A stretch of DNA of 59,242 bases from a virus (IMGVR_UViG_3300046170_000277:1-59242); one strand, 5' to 3'; numbered from the stretch's first letter, positions 39,815-51,127 are shown. Made by a program: numbers and translations. The notes: generated by a model not told the origin, from the sequence alone.

Positions 39815-40365
39815 GTGAATCAAATTCCTTCATCATTGATGAAATTGGCAAGATAGCAGAATCAGCCAACCATCTGGTGGTCATCAAAAGCAATCAGCTT
39901 CATCTGGTAAACAGGAACCAGGATGCTTCAGCAGTGCTGGAAACTTTCAGAGCACCTGTTTTGCTGAAGATTGACATCAGCCAGGGAATGCCCATCAGAA
40001 GAATCAAATCTGAATATCAGCAGAACATTCCATATCCACACAGCAGAAGACTGGAAAGGCAGACGCAAACCGTCAATTTGCAGATTCAGCCCTATGGTCA
40101 GGATGTGGAAGTTGATTCACTCAGTCAGGTAGAAACAGAAGTGGGGAAGTTCCTTTCTGCGTATTATGAAATTGTGAAACGTCCACGTTGTTCAGCGACC
40201 TTGCAGGGTATCTTCAGTTTTGGAATTGGTGATGTTGTAGAGTGTTTTGATGAAATGCTGGAAACGCTTTCCAGAATCACCATTGATGTAGTTCAGTGGA
40301 ACTTCAAAGAAGAAACCACAAAGCTGGAAGGTTATTCCCAAATTACCCACATGAAGGAATACTGA
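39811..40365 (+). CDS. Tail tip protein
   Basis: IGDVV motif near the C-terminus; synteny. Confidence 0.6.
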   Translation: MSESNSFIIDEIGKIAESANHLVVIKSNQLHLVNRNQDASAVLETFRAPVLLKIDISQGMPIRRIKSEYQQNIPYPHSRRLERQTQTVNLQIQPYGQDVEVDSLSQVETEVGKFLSAYYEIVKRPRCSATLQGIFSFGIGDVVECFDEMLETLSRITIDVVQWNFKEETTKLEGYSQITHMKEY

Positions 40366-41318
40366 TGCGAGTGATCTACAAGGAAAGTGGAATCAGCATG
40401 TCTGCTGTGACTGGTTCCATTGATTCAGCATATGACTTGCCAAACATGTCTGACAGCTATCCAAGGCACGCTTTCATCAGCAGTGGCCCTGTGGAAACGC
40501 TTCAATTGACATGGCCAAACACACCCAATGCTATTTTCTTGGGGCATGTCATGGCTGAAGAAGTGACTTTCCACTTTGATGAAGGCACCACCATCACCAT
40601 CCCAAACAGGATCAACTGGCACAGAGTTTTTGCACGTGGCAGGAAGAAGCTGACAGATGACATCTTCCTTGAAATTCCAACTGGAGCCACAGGGGTGAAC
40701 ATTGATCTGAAGAACACCCTGGATGTTTCGGAAGGCATAGATTCCTTTCTCAGCAATGGAACCAATGGTTATTTGTCCAGCAGTGGAATGCCTGCACTTT
40801 ACCAGGAATTTCCACAGTTGCGTGTTGGATCCTTCCTGGTGAATGGAAGCACCACCTACCAGATTCGTGAATTGCGTGGAATTGGTTCTGGAAATGATGA
40901 CGTGAAGCTGGTGACAGGAGGAACTGCAGGGTTCACCATCAGCAAGGTGATGCTGCCAGTCAGTGTTGGAATTCTGCGTGTGGGCTACATGCGTGAATTC
41001 CCCAACCCAACAGTGGGGATGGTGATGACCACCAACGATTATGGTGCCAGAAATGAAGTGCATGGTGCCCAGACATATCTGCCCAGAACCACAGCCAAAT
41101 CTTACAGTGTGCCAATGACCTTGACCAATGAACACAAGGATTTGTTCATGGAAACCTGGGAAGGATTGCGAGGCACACCAGTGGCCACTGATCTGCTTCA
41201 TGGATTGGACAAAAGGCTGGTTGGCTGGATGACTTGCATGAACCTTCCAGAGTTGACTGCTGAAGCTAGAAGATATAACTATTTCCAAACAAGTTTTGAA
41301 ATCAGAGAAGTTGGCTAA
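40365..41318 (+). CDS. Distal tail-like protein
   Basis: Synteny; ends in FEIREVG. Confidence 0.6.
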   Translation: MRVIYKESGISMSAVTGSIDSAYDLPNMSDSYPRHAFISSGPVETLQLTWPNTPNAIFLGHVMAEEVTFHFDEGTTITIPNRINWHRVFARGRKKLTDDIFLEIPTGATGVNIDLKNTLDVSEGIDSFLSNGTNGYLSSSGMPALYQEFPQLRVGSFLVNGSTTYQIRELRGIGSGNDDVKLVTGGTAGFTISKVMLPVSVGILRVGYMREFPNPTVGMVMTTNDYGARNEVHGAQTYLPRTTAKSYSVPMTLTNEHKDLFMETWEGLRGTPVATDLLHGLDKRLVGWMTCMNLPELTAEARRYNYFQTSFEIREVG

Positions 41319-41352
41319 TTTACGCCAAAAAGTACACACGGAGTGAACAGAG

Positions 41353-42432
41353 ATGGCACTTTCCACACTGAAGGTGAACAGAATCACCAGCAGAGCGTTG
41401 ATCACAAAAATTCAGATTGATAATGACCTGGATCTGAATGGCAACAAAATTCTGAATGTTTCGGAACTAACTTCTGGGAAGGTAATTTCACCAGCAGCCA
41501 CCACCCTGGAAGCTGGTTTGATGGGCACAGCAGACAAAACCAAGCTGGATAACATTGAAGCGAATGCAGATGTGACCACTGCCACCAATGTGACTGCTGC
41601 TGGAGCCATCATGGATGATGATTTCACAGGTGATCCATCCATCACTACTGGCTATTTGAAGAAGACTGGAGTGAATGCCACCACTTCAGATCCAGAATAT
41701 GCACTGAATGACACAGTAGTGGATGATGATTTCATTGATGGGAAGATCGGGGTTTTGCGTTCAGATGGAACCCAGATCAGCTTTGATAATAACACATATC
41801 TGACCACCAATGAGCCAATAGCAGTGACAGGCCACGTGGAAGGAACTGGCAGCAGTTCACTGTCTTTGACCTTAACCACTAGCGCAATCACAGGGCAGAC
41901 ACCATACACCACAGTCAATGGATCAGATGACAGGCTTTTGGTGGCTGTTAGACGTGCAGATGGCACCTATGTTCTGGGACAGGTGGCACCCAGTGCTGTG
42001 GGTGGTGGAGGTGGTGGAGGTGGTGGATCTGTAGGAAGTTTCAATTCCGGTCAAGGAATCAACAGAATTGCTGGTGAAACTGGGACAGCAGTGACCTTGC
42101 AGCCCAATCAGTTTCTGATTCAGAACCAGCCACTGGTCAAGGGTGACGGAAGCAGCCCTGCAATAGATGGAAATGATGAAGTTCTTTTGAACAGGCCATC
42201 CATTGGAATGCTGGCAAAGACTACAATGAACCACCTGGGCACCTGGGTTGTGAACACATTTGGTGGAGGTGGTGGAGGTGGTGGAGGTGGTGGATCAGTC
42301 AACGTGACTGGATTGGCCATTGAATTTGATATTGATGGGGATGGAAATTTGACACTGACACACACTGGAGGACTGACCAACAATGAGATTTACATAAACA
42401 ATAATTCTGAACTTGTGGCTGTGGTGACTTGA
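41353..42432 (+). CDS. Tail fibre/virion protein
   Basis: DLDLNGNKI, AGLM..ADKTKLDNIE and ADVT.ATNV.AAGA.M motifs; poly-Gly linkers. Confidence 0.75.
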   Translation: MALSTLKVNRITSRALITKIQIDNDLDLNGNKILNVSELTSGKVISPAATTLEAGLMGTADKTKLDNIEANADVTTATNVTAAGAIMDDDFTGDPSITTGYLKKTGVNATTSDPEYALNDTVVDDDFIDGKIGVLRSDGTQISFDNNTYLTTNEPIAVTGHVEGTGSSSLSLTLTTSAITGQTPYTTVNGSDDRLLVAVRRADGTYVLGQVAPSAVGGGGGGGGGSVGSFNSGQGINRIAGETGTAVTLQPNQFLIQNQPLVKGDGSSPAIDGNDEVLLNRPSIGMLAKTTMNHLGTWVVNTFGGGGGGGGGGGSVNVTGLAIEFDIDGDGNLTLTHTGGLTNNEIYINNNSELVAVVT

Positions 42433-45372
42433 TGGGTGCCATCGTTATTGATCGCATCATCCCAATCTGGCGTGATGACTGGAACCCGATTGGTGCAGCC
42501 AGGGATAAGGTCAAAGGTTCATGATGTTGTGAGTTGGAAGGGTAGCACCTGGATCTGTGTTCAGGAGCACACAGCAGACAATGACCCAAACTATGGGACA
42601 GAGCCTGGGGGGATTTATACCAAATATTTGTGGCTGAAGCTGGCTGGTGGGTTGGACTGTGTGACAGGTGGCTGGAATAACTCCACGCTATTCTATGTTG
42701 GAAACTGTGTGATTCATGGTGCAGCCAGTTGGCTCTGTAGAATCAAGCATACCAATGAAGTTCCAAATGAATCCCCAGATTTCTGGTTCCCTGCAAGCAA
42801 GGCTGCAGTCTATTGGGGTGGTGTTTTTGATGCCACAAAGGACTACGTTGAAGGCAGTGTGGTGCTGTATCAGAATTCTTTATACTACACACTGAGCAAT
42901 ACTTCTGGCTTTCAGCCTACATTTGGGGATGGATTAACTGATTTTCAGATGCTGGTGCAAGGAATTATTGGCTCTGGCAATTATCAATATTTGAGCACCT
43001 ACACCACAGGGGAACTGGTGCGTGTTCGTGGTGAAACTTCTTCCCCAAAGTTTGGTGGTTCCCTGTGGGTTCAAAGAACCAGGGCTGGCGCAGGCAGTGC
43101 CCAAACACCACACAATGATCCAAGCTGGATCAATTTGGCTGCAGGGTTGGATTTTGCGGATGCACCAAGCAACACCACAAGATACTACAAAGGTGATGTT
43201 TTAAAATATGGGGATGATATTTGGGTGGCCAATCAAGACTGCATCCTGGGTGATACGCCAGCCATTGATCCAGCCAAGTTTGCCAGAATGGTTGACCAGA
43301 CCATGCTGGACAAGATTGTGGAATATGACACATCGAACCTTCCCAACAGATTGCGTGTTCGATTCAAGAGGGCAGACAGTTTCATGCCAGCAAATCAGCC
43401 AGATTGGTGGAATCTTTATGGCTATCCAAAACCAAGCACAACAACACCAGGAACAGGAAGCACACCCACAACAGGGACAGGGCTGGATCCAGGTGGAACT
43501 GACCCAGACCTTCCACCAAAGGATCCAAACGCCACAGGTTCAGTTTTATTCCCAGAAGGTGAAACCACAGTGGATATGCTGCTGATTGGAGGTGGTGGTG
43601 CTGGTGCAGATCCTGACTTGATTCATGTGGATGACAATGGAACACCAACCCACATCTGGAGAGGTTGTGGAGGTGGTGGTGCTGGTGGTGCTCTATCTGT
43701 TGAAAACTTTCCATTGAATGGGAAATACAAGGTTCAGATCGGCCAGGGTGCCACGCATTGGGACAGGCTTGGTGGAATTACCAAGCTGATAGATAAAGAC
43801 AATAATACGATTTACAAGGCCACAGGTGGGGGCAGTGGTGGCCACACAGGTTCCAGCAGTGGTGGTGAAAAAGCTTACCCATTCCCCAAGCCAGATGGTG
43901 AAGGTGAAATTGGCCAGTGGTGGGCACAATACACCTGTGAACCAATAGCACCAGAGGCTGGTTTTCGTGGTGGACGTGGTGACACCAGTGGCTTCACTGG
44001 TGGAGGTGGTGGAGGTGGTGGTGCTGGTAGTGTTGGAAGTGATGCAACCGTGGAAGCTGGAGGTGCTGCAGGTAAGCCAGTGAAGTGGTTGGATGACAAG
44101 GAATATGCTGCTGGTGGCCCAGGCTGCAGACAGATCAGATTTGAAGGTGTCCAGACCAGCACAAATCCCTGGTTCCGATATGGTCAAGCCTATGATGACG
44201 CACCAGGAAATGGTGGCAAGGGTGCCATGCTTGTAGAGGCTGACTGGTCTATGAAAAAGACAGTTGCAGCAGTCAAGGGTGACAAGCTGGATGATGATGC
44301 TGGCAGGCCATTCTGGGGAATGGCTGGTGTCTTTGTCATGCGTTTCAAAACAGGTGCATGTGACATCACTGATGGAGCACTGAAGGCAGTGAAGACCACA
44401 GATGACCAGGGGAATACCTACTATTATTTTGGAGAGGATGACGAATTTGAAATCAGAGCCAATGTTGATACAGATCCAAACGCCACAGAGAACACAGGAG
44501 TGGCCAACTTTGGTGCTGGTGACATAGATATTCTTTTGGTGGGTGCTGGTGGTTATGGTGGCAACAGATCACTGTTCTATTCACAGCCATTGCTGGACTA
44601 TCCACATGGTGGTGCTGGTGGTGGTGCTGGTGGTTATGTAAGCATTGAACAGGTGGCACTGTCAGATGGAACCTATCAAGTTTTTGTGGGTGGTTCTGCA
44701 GGATGGGATGGAACCAGGAACATGACCAATTCCACCAATCCACTACAAGGTGGTCACACGATCCTGAGAGATTCCACTGGAATCATTGGCATTGCCTATG
44801 GTGGTGGTTATCCAGCTTACGTGGGCCATCAAGGAAGTTCTGCTGGTGAAGTTGCCAGCTACCAAAACACAGTCAGGGCACAGCATCAGACAATTGAAGA
44901 ACCAACAGGCACAAGCACAGGCCCAATGTTTGGGCACAAGGGTGGACGGTCTGCAAATCCAGGTGGCTATACTGGATGGGGCGCTGATTCTGGTGGTGGT
45001 GGAGGTGGTGGTGCTGGTGGCCCAGGTGGTGATGCTATTGCTGGCACTCAAGGTGGTGATGCTGGAGCACCCAGGACATGGCTGGATTTAAAGGACTATG
45101 CTGCAGGGGGTGCTGGACAATCAGGAAATGGAACATATGGACAGCAATACCCAGACGCACCAGGAAATGGTGGACATGCTTCAACACCAAATAATTCAGC
45201 AAGTTCAGCACCAGCACCAGCACAGGATGGAATCTTCATCATACGCTATCAAACTGGAGCCTATTCAATGGCCACAGGGCAAGGACAGCAACCGGAAGAC
45301 AGGGCTGATGGATACAGTTATTTGGAAATGACTGAAGCTGACACTTTAATCATTTCAAGGCTAATACCGTAA
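42432..45372 (+). CDS. Large fibre/adhesin with Trp-rich carbohydrate-binding-like repeats and two Gly-rich domains (+1 frameshift near 42510)
   Basis: Probable true start MGAIVIDRIIPIWRDDW at 42432; repeats of W...Y..G.VV...GS.W; duplicated (M/I)LL(I/V)G(G/A)GG.G...YAAGG.G...DAPGNGG domains. Confidence 0.75.
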
Positions 45373-45385
45373 AGGAAGGAGCAGA

Positions 45386-46372
45386 ATGCCAGTTTTGAAT
45401 CTTGGCAGAGTGCGGCCCGTTTTTCGTGGCGCATTCTCAGAAATGCAAGGTGATCAAGTTTCCAAATATGATGTGGTGACACACTCAGGATCAGCATGGT
45501 TCTACATCAGTGACACACCTTCCACAGTTGACACAGATCCAGTCAATGGGAATCATCCTGGCACTGCGAATGATCTGGGATATTGGAAGCATCTGGCAAA
45601 AGGGATTGAAGTGGTGGGCAGTTGGTCAGATGGAACCACCTATTTTGAAGGCCAAGTGGTCAGTTTTGGTTCTTCCAGCTTTGTGGCACGTCAGAAGGCA
45701 CCAGCCAACAATAACCTGGATCCTGCAGCACATCCAAATTACTGGATGGAATTTGCTACTGGCTTTGGAAGATATGGTGGCCCATACGTGTCTACAACTG
45801 GATATGGAACTGGTGATATTGTAGTACATGATGGTTCTTGTTATATCGCATCAAAAGCAATTCCACCAGATGGTGGTGGCTCCAGTAGGCCAGATAGAAC
45901 ATTGGATTGGGACATGGTGGCCCAGGGTTTCCACTTTGTTGGTGATTGGGAAGATGCCATCACTACCGTCAATCATTTTGGAATTGGGAGTGTGGTCAAA
46001 CACAGGGCCAGTGCTTATGTGTGCTCAAACAGGCTTGGAGCATCTAAATCAGACAATCCTGCAACCAGTCCAGCAGTTTGGACACTGCTGACCAAGGGCT
46101 TGGCTTTGGGGAATCATACAGACACAGCCTTGCAAGGAATCTGGCAAGCCACGCAGAACTATTATGAAGGGGAACTGGTCAGCTACAAAAATGGAATCTA
46201 TATTGCCAACAGGGTTGTGACTGCTGGAGAAAGGCCAGGAGAAAATCCAGATCCAAATCTGGAAGGCTGGACTACAGTATTAGCAGTTGATGAACGCTAC
46301 ATCCAACAGAAATCTGTGACAGCAACACGCATACGCTACAGATTCATTGGCTACACTGGTGATGGTGTTTAA
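45386..46372 (+). CDS. Virion protein with carbohydrate-binding-like repeats
   Basis: LNLGRVRPVFRG N-terminus; about five Y..GDVV...GS.Y...P...W repeats. Confidence 0.75.
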   Translation: MPVLNLGRVRPVFRGAFSEMQGDQVSKYDVVTHSGSAWFYISDTPSTVDTDPVNGNHPGTANDLGYWKHLAKGIEVVGSWSDGTTYFEGQVVSFGSSSFVARQKAPANNNLDPAAHPNYWMEFATGFGRYGGPYVSTTGYGTGDIVVHDGSCYIASKAIPPDGGGSSRPDRTLDWDMVAQGFHFVGDWEDAITTVNHFGIGSVVKHRASAYVCSNRLGASKSDNPATSPAVWTLLTKGLALGNHTDTALQGIWQATQNYYEGELVSYKNGIYIANRVVTAGERPGENPDPNLEGWTTVLAVDERYIQQKSVTATRIRYRFIGYTGDGV

Positions 46373-46374
46373 GA

Positions 46375-47280
46375 ATGGGAACAGTCCTACGTGATCGTGG
46401 GGAATGGCAAAAGGGTGTTACCTATTCAGAATTTGATCGTGTCAATTATCGGGGCACGCTCTATGTCTGCAAGTATCCAGAAGACCACAAGGCTGAACTG
46501 GCAAACTTGCCAGCTTCTTACGAAGGGCTTTCACAGTATTGGGTAACATTAACCGATGCACTTGATCAGCTTCCAGAAGTTCAAACGGTTCCAGCCTTCA
46601 AGGAAAGACGTGTTCTGAGAATCTGGTTTCCAGATGAAACCTATTTCAAGGGCCAGAACGTATTTTTCCAGTTTGAAATCTGGGAATGTTTGGAAAGGGC
46701 AGAGCCAGAAGAATCACCAGAAACACATCCTTGGAAGTGGAAGTCTATTCAAGGAAGTGGTGATGAAGATGCAGATGAAGGATCAAATTCAGAAGGAAAA
46801 ACCCCACCCTATCCACACTATGAATTTAGTTTTGATTCTGCTTTAGTTTGGGAAATTCAGCACAACTTCAGTTGTCGCAGGTTTTACATTGAAGTCTATG
46901 ATCAGACAGACAGACAACACTTTGGATGGATCAGAGAAATCAATGATGAAAACATGATCAGCTTGCATTTTAATGAAGAGGTTTCTGGCTATGTGAAGAT
47001 ATGGCCCTTGCAGCCAAAAAACAAAGCACTGAATGACCTGGGGAGCATCCCAACCTGTCAAACAATTCCCATTTATGAGCAGGATGTTGAGGTGGCCAGT
47101 GATGAATGGATCATCACCCACACTTTAAATCAAAGAACCATAAAATGTTTGGTGTTTGATGACCAGGACAGACCACACTTTGCATTTCAGAAGTATGTTG
47201 TGAACGCTCAAATGGTGAAGCTAAATTTCGTTTATGGCTTCACTGGCTTGGTGCGTTTGATTCCAATGACTTCTTCATAG
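46375..47280 (+). CDS. Virion structural protein
   Basis: RGEWQKGVTY..DRVNYRG repeat plus two W.I.HN(F/L)-type modules. Confidence 0.7.
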   Translation: MGTVLRDRGEWQKGVTYSEFDRVNYRGTLYVCKYPEDHKAELANLPASYEGLSQYWVTLTDALDQLPEVQTVPAFKERRVLRIWFPDETYFKGQNVFFQFEIWECLERAEPEESPETHPWKWKSIQGSGDEDADEGSNSEGKTPPYPHYEFSFDSALVWEIQHNFSCRRFYIEVYDQTDRQHFGWIREINDENMISLHFNEEVSGYVKIWPLQPKNKALNDLGSIPTCQTIPIYEQDVEVASDEWIITHTLNQRTIKCLVFDDQDRPHFAFQKYVVNAQMVKLNFVYGFTGLVRLIPMTSS

Positions 47281-47408
47281 TTTGAAAAAGTCAAATTCTA
47301 GTAACAATCACGCTTGAAGTTTCACGCCAAGTGGATAGAACTTCAATGGGGCACAATGGGGCAAAACTGTGATTTCACAAATAATCTTTCCTAGCTAGGA
47401 GAACGAGA

Positions 47409-48911
47409 ATGGCTTCCTATCCATTATATCATGGAATTGAACTGGCCCTTAATGCCCAGATTCACAATCTGGTTTTTGAAACACGTGCAGCAGATCCAGC
47501 CAGTGGTGAACTGACTGCTGGCCGCCAGTGGTACAACAGCACAGACAATGTCTTCAGAATGGTTGTCATTGACAGCAATGGAGCACTGGCTGTTCGCACA
47601 TACACCACAAAAGAAGCTTTAGATGTAGAACGTGCACGCATTGCTTCCCTGGAAAGTGAAACGTTCTACGCTGATGGTCGCAGAGCGATGTCAGGTGATA
47701 TTGATGCAGCAACCAACACCATCATTAATTTGGCTGCACCTGTCAATGACAGTGACGCAGCAACTAAGCTTTATATTGATGACAAGTTTGCCAGCCTGGG
47801 ACATGCGTTTGAATACTGTGGCAGCATCACTCCAGGTGCAGATGCCAGCACAGCTTTTGACGCAGATACACTGTCACAGAAGGCTGCTGGTGACTACTAC
47901 AAGATTGTTGGTGATGGTTATGTGAAGATTGGCTCTGCTGCAGCTTTTTATGTCAACACTGGTGATTCCTTGGTCTGGAACCCAAATGGTGGCCTTGACA
48001 AGTTTGACAACACGAATTCTGAAGTCTTTGGAACCACAAACTTCATTGAATTGAGTGGTAGCACAGACACAGGCTTCACAGTTGATGTGGCCCAGGGTTT
48101 CAAAGACCGAATGACCACAGTAGAGACACGTGCTGATGACATGGATTCTCTGGTTGCAGCAAGTCAATCATCCACTGGTATTGCTTCTGATGGTTCCTAT
48201 GTCCCATCTGCTGGATCAAATTACATTGCCACAGCAAACAGTGTTCATGATGCGACTGTCAAACTGGATGCAGCCTTAAAGACCACCAGTGATGCACTTT
48301 CTACAGAAACCACCAGAGCCACCAACGCTGAAACGGTTATTGATAACCGTTTAACCACTGTTGAAGATCAGGTTAATGGCAACATTGGTGACAAGAGCAG
48401 TTTAACCACTGATGACAAGACCAATCTGGTTGCTGCGATTAATGAGGTTGACGCAGAAAAAGACAGCAACAAGACAGCTTCTGAAGATCGTGACAGCACA
48501 ATCAGAACTGCCTTGGGTATTGATGCAGTAGGAGCATGGTCAAAAGGTGTGATCAACACCAGTCTGAATCCTGGTGATGTTTCTACAGCTTTGAGCAATG
48601 TGGAAACAGCAGTGACTGATGGCCAAGCAAGTCTGAACAATCGTGTGAATGATTTGCTGGCTTCCATTAATGGCAAGATCTACAAGTACACTTCTGCTTC
48701 AGCAGCCTTGGCCCATAACTTTGCCCACAACCTGGGAACCACAGATTTGAATGTTCAAGTTTGGGTGCAGGATCCAAGTGGAGCATGGCGTAATGATATT
48801 GTTCCAGTGACTGTTGTGGATAACAACAACATTGGATGTTTGTTGACCACAGCCATGAGTGTGAAAATTCTGGTAACAGCAGTAACAGCAGCCACAGCAA
48901 ATGCTGCTTAA
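47409..48911 (+). CDS. Fibre-like virion protein
   Basis: IINLAAPVNDSDAATKLY, LTTDDKTNLVAAINE, coiled coil and C-terminal HNLGT. Confidence 0.75.
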   Translation: MASYPLYHGIELALNAQIHNLVFETRAADPASGELTAGRQWYNSTDNVFRMVVIDSNGALAVRTYTTKEALDVERARIASLESETFYADGRRAMSGDIDAATNTIINLAAPVNDSDAATKLYIDDKFASLGHAFEYCGSITPGADASTAFDADTLSQKAAGDYYKIVGDGYVKIGSAAAFYVNTGDSLVWNPNGGLDKFDNTNSEVFGTTNFIELSGSTDTGFTVDVAQGFKDRMTTVETRADDMDSLVAASQSSTGIASDGSYVPSAGSNYIATANSVHDATVKLDAALKTTSDALSTETTRATNAETVIDNRLTTVEDQVNGNIGDKSSLTTDDKTNLVAAINEVDAEKDSNKTASEDRDSTIRTALGIDAVGAWSKGVINTSLNPGDVSTALSNVETAVTDGQASLNNRVNDLLASINGKIYKYTSASAALAHNFAHNLGTTDLNVQVWVQDPSGAWRNDIVPVTVVDNNNIGCLLTTAMSVKILVTAVTAATANAA

Positions 48912-48968
48912 TTAACTGATTAACTGGCTCCAGCAATGGAGCCATCACCAGAAAAAGGAGTTCTTAAA

Positions 48969-49577
48969 ATGGCAGAAGTTTACAAAAGTGTAGAGACAGG
49001 AGAAGTCACTACAGATCCACGCTTGTTTCCCACCTATCGGGCAGGAAATACAATTCAGTTTCATGGGCATGTAATTATTCCGAATGTTCCAGAAGGTGAA
49101 GACTTTCCAGAAAAGGCTTATGACGGTGAAGTTTTAATGAAGCAAGGGCAGATGTGGAACTATGGCACCATGTCTGGCGTGACTGCATGGCACCCAGTTA
49201 CACCACCCAAAAGTGTGTATGTGCACAATCAAGCAGTGCCTGCAGCCACATGGTATGTGATGCACGGGCTGGACACACAAAGCATCATTGTGACGGTCTA
49301 TAGTAATGACACAGCAGATGGAAGCTATCGGCTAGTAGCGAATCCACCAGTGGGCTTTACCGATGACAATAATGTTTTTGTTTCTTTCTCCACACCAGTT
49401 GGTGGAAGGGCAGTCATCATGTCCCAGGGTGGTGCTCCAAGTGCTTCCCAAACTTTGATTCCAAAGATGCAGGAAGTGTTGGGTGGTGGTGGCTTTGAAA
49501 GCTCAGTTGTAGAAGCAAATGATGATGGCACTCCAGCTAAAGTCCGCATGAAAATGACTTATTCACAAGACTACTAA
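48969..49577 (+). CDS. Virion structural protein
   Basis: YVHNQAVPAATWYVMHGL...F..PVGGRA module. Confidence 0.7.
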   Translation: MAEVYKSVETGEVTTDPRLFPTYRAGNTIQFHGHVIIPNVPEGEDFPEKAYDGEVLMKQGQMWNYGTMSGVTAWHPVTPPKSVYVHNQAVPAATWYVMHGLDTQSIIVTVYSNDTADGSYRLVANPPVGFTDDNNVFVSFSTPVGGRAVIMSQGGAPSASQTLIPKMQEVLGGGGFESSVVEANDDGTPAKVRMKMTYSQDY

Positions 49578-49589
49578 CAAGGATCTGAA

Positions 49590-50381
49590 ATGGCTTCAGC
49601 ACCAGCTATTGAATTAGAAGTTGATTATTTAGTTTACAAAGACAGTTCTGGCGCAGAGGTTGTGCAGTCTGTCAGGGAAATGGCAGCACCAGTTGGTGGA
49701 ATTCAAGCGTTTGCCATGCCTACGGCACCAGATGGTTGGCTGATCTGTGATGGCTCCAACAATCTGCTTATCAGTGACTTTCCTGCACTTTATGACGCTT
49801 TAAGTGCAGACATTGACTGCACTGTAGGCAGTGGCAGCACAGTGGTCACTGTCAATGATGCAATTGGCACAACAAACATGTCAGTAGGTATGGGAGTGCG
49901 AGGTGTTGGGGTTCCAGTAGGAACAACGATTGTGCAGATTAATACTGGCAGTACCTTTACCATGAACAATTCAGCAAACGCTAACAACACGGCAGCACTA
50001 AGAATCATGTATTGGGGAACAGGCGCAAATCTAAGCACCTTCAAAATCCCAGACATGAGAGCAGAATTTTTACGTGGTTGGGATCAAAACAGAGGTCAAG
50101 ATACTGGAAGACGGTTTGCTGAATTCCAAGATCATGGTATTCCACGAATGCATGGTGGTTTCAGCAACGATCACGGTCATAATGGTATTGGTGAGCAAAG
50201 TCCGGTTACTAGTGGCGAAAGGGTTCTTTATGGTGCTGGCGGAACATCACCTTGGCGACAATCGATTGAACGAGTAAATAATTCCAACAGAATGATGGCT
50301 TTTGATTCTAATCGAGTTATTCCAGCCACAAATGACGTAAGACCAAAAAACACATCTGTTCAATACTGCGTGAAATACTGA
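49590..50381 (+). CDS. Tail fibre protein with tail collar domain
   Basis: PVGGIQAFA..APDGWLICDG, TFKIPDMRAEFLRGWD and RPKNTSVQYCVKY. Confidence 0.9.
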   Translation: MASAPAIELEVDYLVYKDSSGAEVVQSVREMAAPVGGIQAFAMPTAPDGWLICDGSNNLLISDFPALYDALSADIDCTVGSGSTVVTVNDAIGTTNMSVGMGVRGVGVPVGTTIVQINTGSTFTMNNSANANNTAALRIMYWGTGANLSTFKIPDMRAEFLRGWDQNRGQDTGRRFAEFQDHGIPRMHGGFSNDHGHNGIGEQSPVTSGERVLYGAGGTSPWRQSIERVNNSNRMMAFDSNRVIPATNDVRPKNTSVQYCVKY

Positions 50382-50390
50382 AAGGTCAAC

Positions 50391-50819
50391 ATGATTGGAT
50401 ATATTATTGGAAATGGGAATGCGGTGGTTTTACAAAAGAACCCTTGGCGTGACGAGTATTTGATTCCAGAAGATGTGACATTGGAAAAACCTCCTTCATT
50501 TGATGAGGCAAAAGAAACGGTTTCTTTTGCGGATGGGCAATGGAATGTTGCTGAAATCGTAGAGGAAGAAAATTGGCAACCTAACAACAACATCGACCCA
50601 ATGGAGAACTTCCGAATGGAAAGAGATGCCCTTTTGAAGCAATGTGATTTTAGAGTGCTGCCTGACTATGCAGGATCAGATCAGGAAGCATGGAAATCCT
50701 ATCGTCAAAAGTTGCGTGACATGCCAGCACAGATTGAATCTGGGACTTTGCCTAAACCTACTTTAGATGCAAATAATCTCCCAACAGAATATCCTAAGTG
50801 GCCCACACTTCCATCATGA
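50391..50819 (+). CDS. Tail fibre assembly chaperone-like protein
   Basis: RMERDALLKQCD...DY...WKSYRQKLRDMP...WPTLP. Confidence 0.85.
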   Translation: MIGYIIGNGNAVVLQKNPWRDEYLIPEDVTLEKPPSFDEAKETVSFADGQWNVAEIVEEENWQPNNNIDPMENFRMERDALLKQCDFRVLPDYAGSDQEAWKSYRQKLRDMPAQIESGTLPKPTLDANNLPTEYPKWPTLPS

Positions 50820-51127
50820 CCAACACTTTTTTCTGGATTGTGTTGGCTTTGCAACCTGGCGAATTTCCAAGCATTCAGATCAATAATTTCATGTCAAGCT
50901 GTGGCATGAGTGTGCGAACAGAATTGATGAAAAGTGGCTGGCCACAGTATCCTGCAACACTGCAAGCAGTTCAGCAGTGTTCATGTGTACTGGACAAGAT
51001 CAGAACAGACCACAGTCATCATGAATATGTGTACTTGAAACCTGCTGAACAGAAAAAGCTTTCACTAAAATATGCTTATGAATGCGTAGGCTTAGAAAAA
51101 AAGCAGGAGAATACAGAACCAATCTGA
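50816..51127 (+). CDS. Exported Cys-containing hypothetical protein
   Basis: Hydrophobic N-terminus; C...CSCVLDKIR...C. Confidence 0.6.
   Translation: MTNTFFWIVLALQPGEFPSIQINNFMSSCGMSVRTELMKSGWPQYPATLQAVQQCSCVLDKIRTDHSHHEYVYLKPAEQKKLSLKYAYECVGLEKKQENTEPI

Noticed and set aside
40425-41405. Long antisense ORFs (326 aa here; also 31585-32331, 37099-37764 and 19161-20193)
   Set aside because: They are shadows of real genes on the other strand, with no motifs or SD.
42432-50381. Diversity-generating retroelement acting on fibre genes
   Set aside because: No reverse transcriptase and no adenine-specific TR/VR pair were seen; the repeats are old domain duplications.
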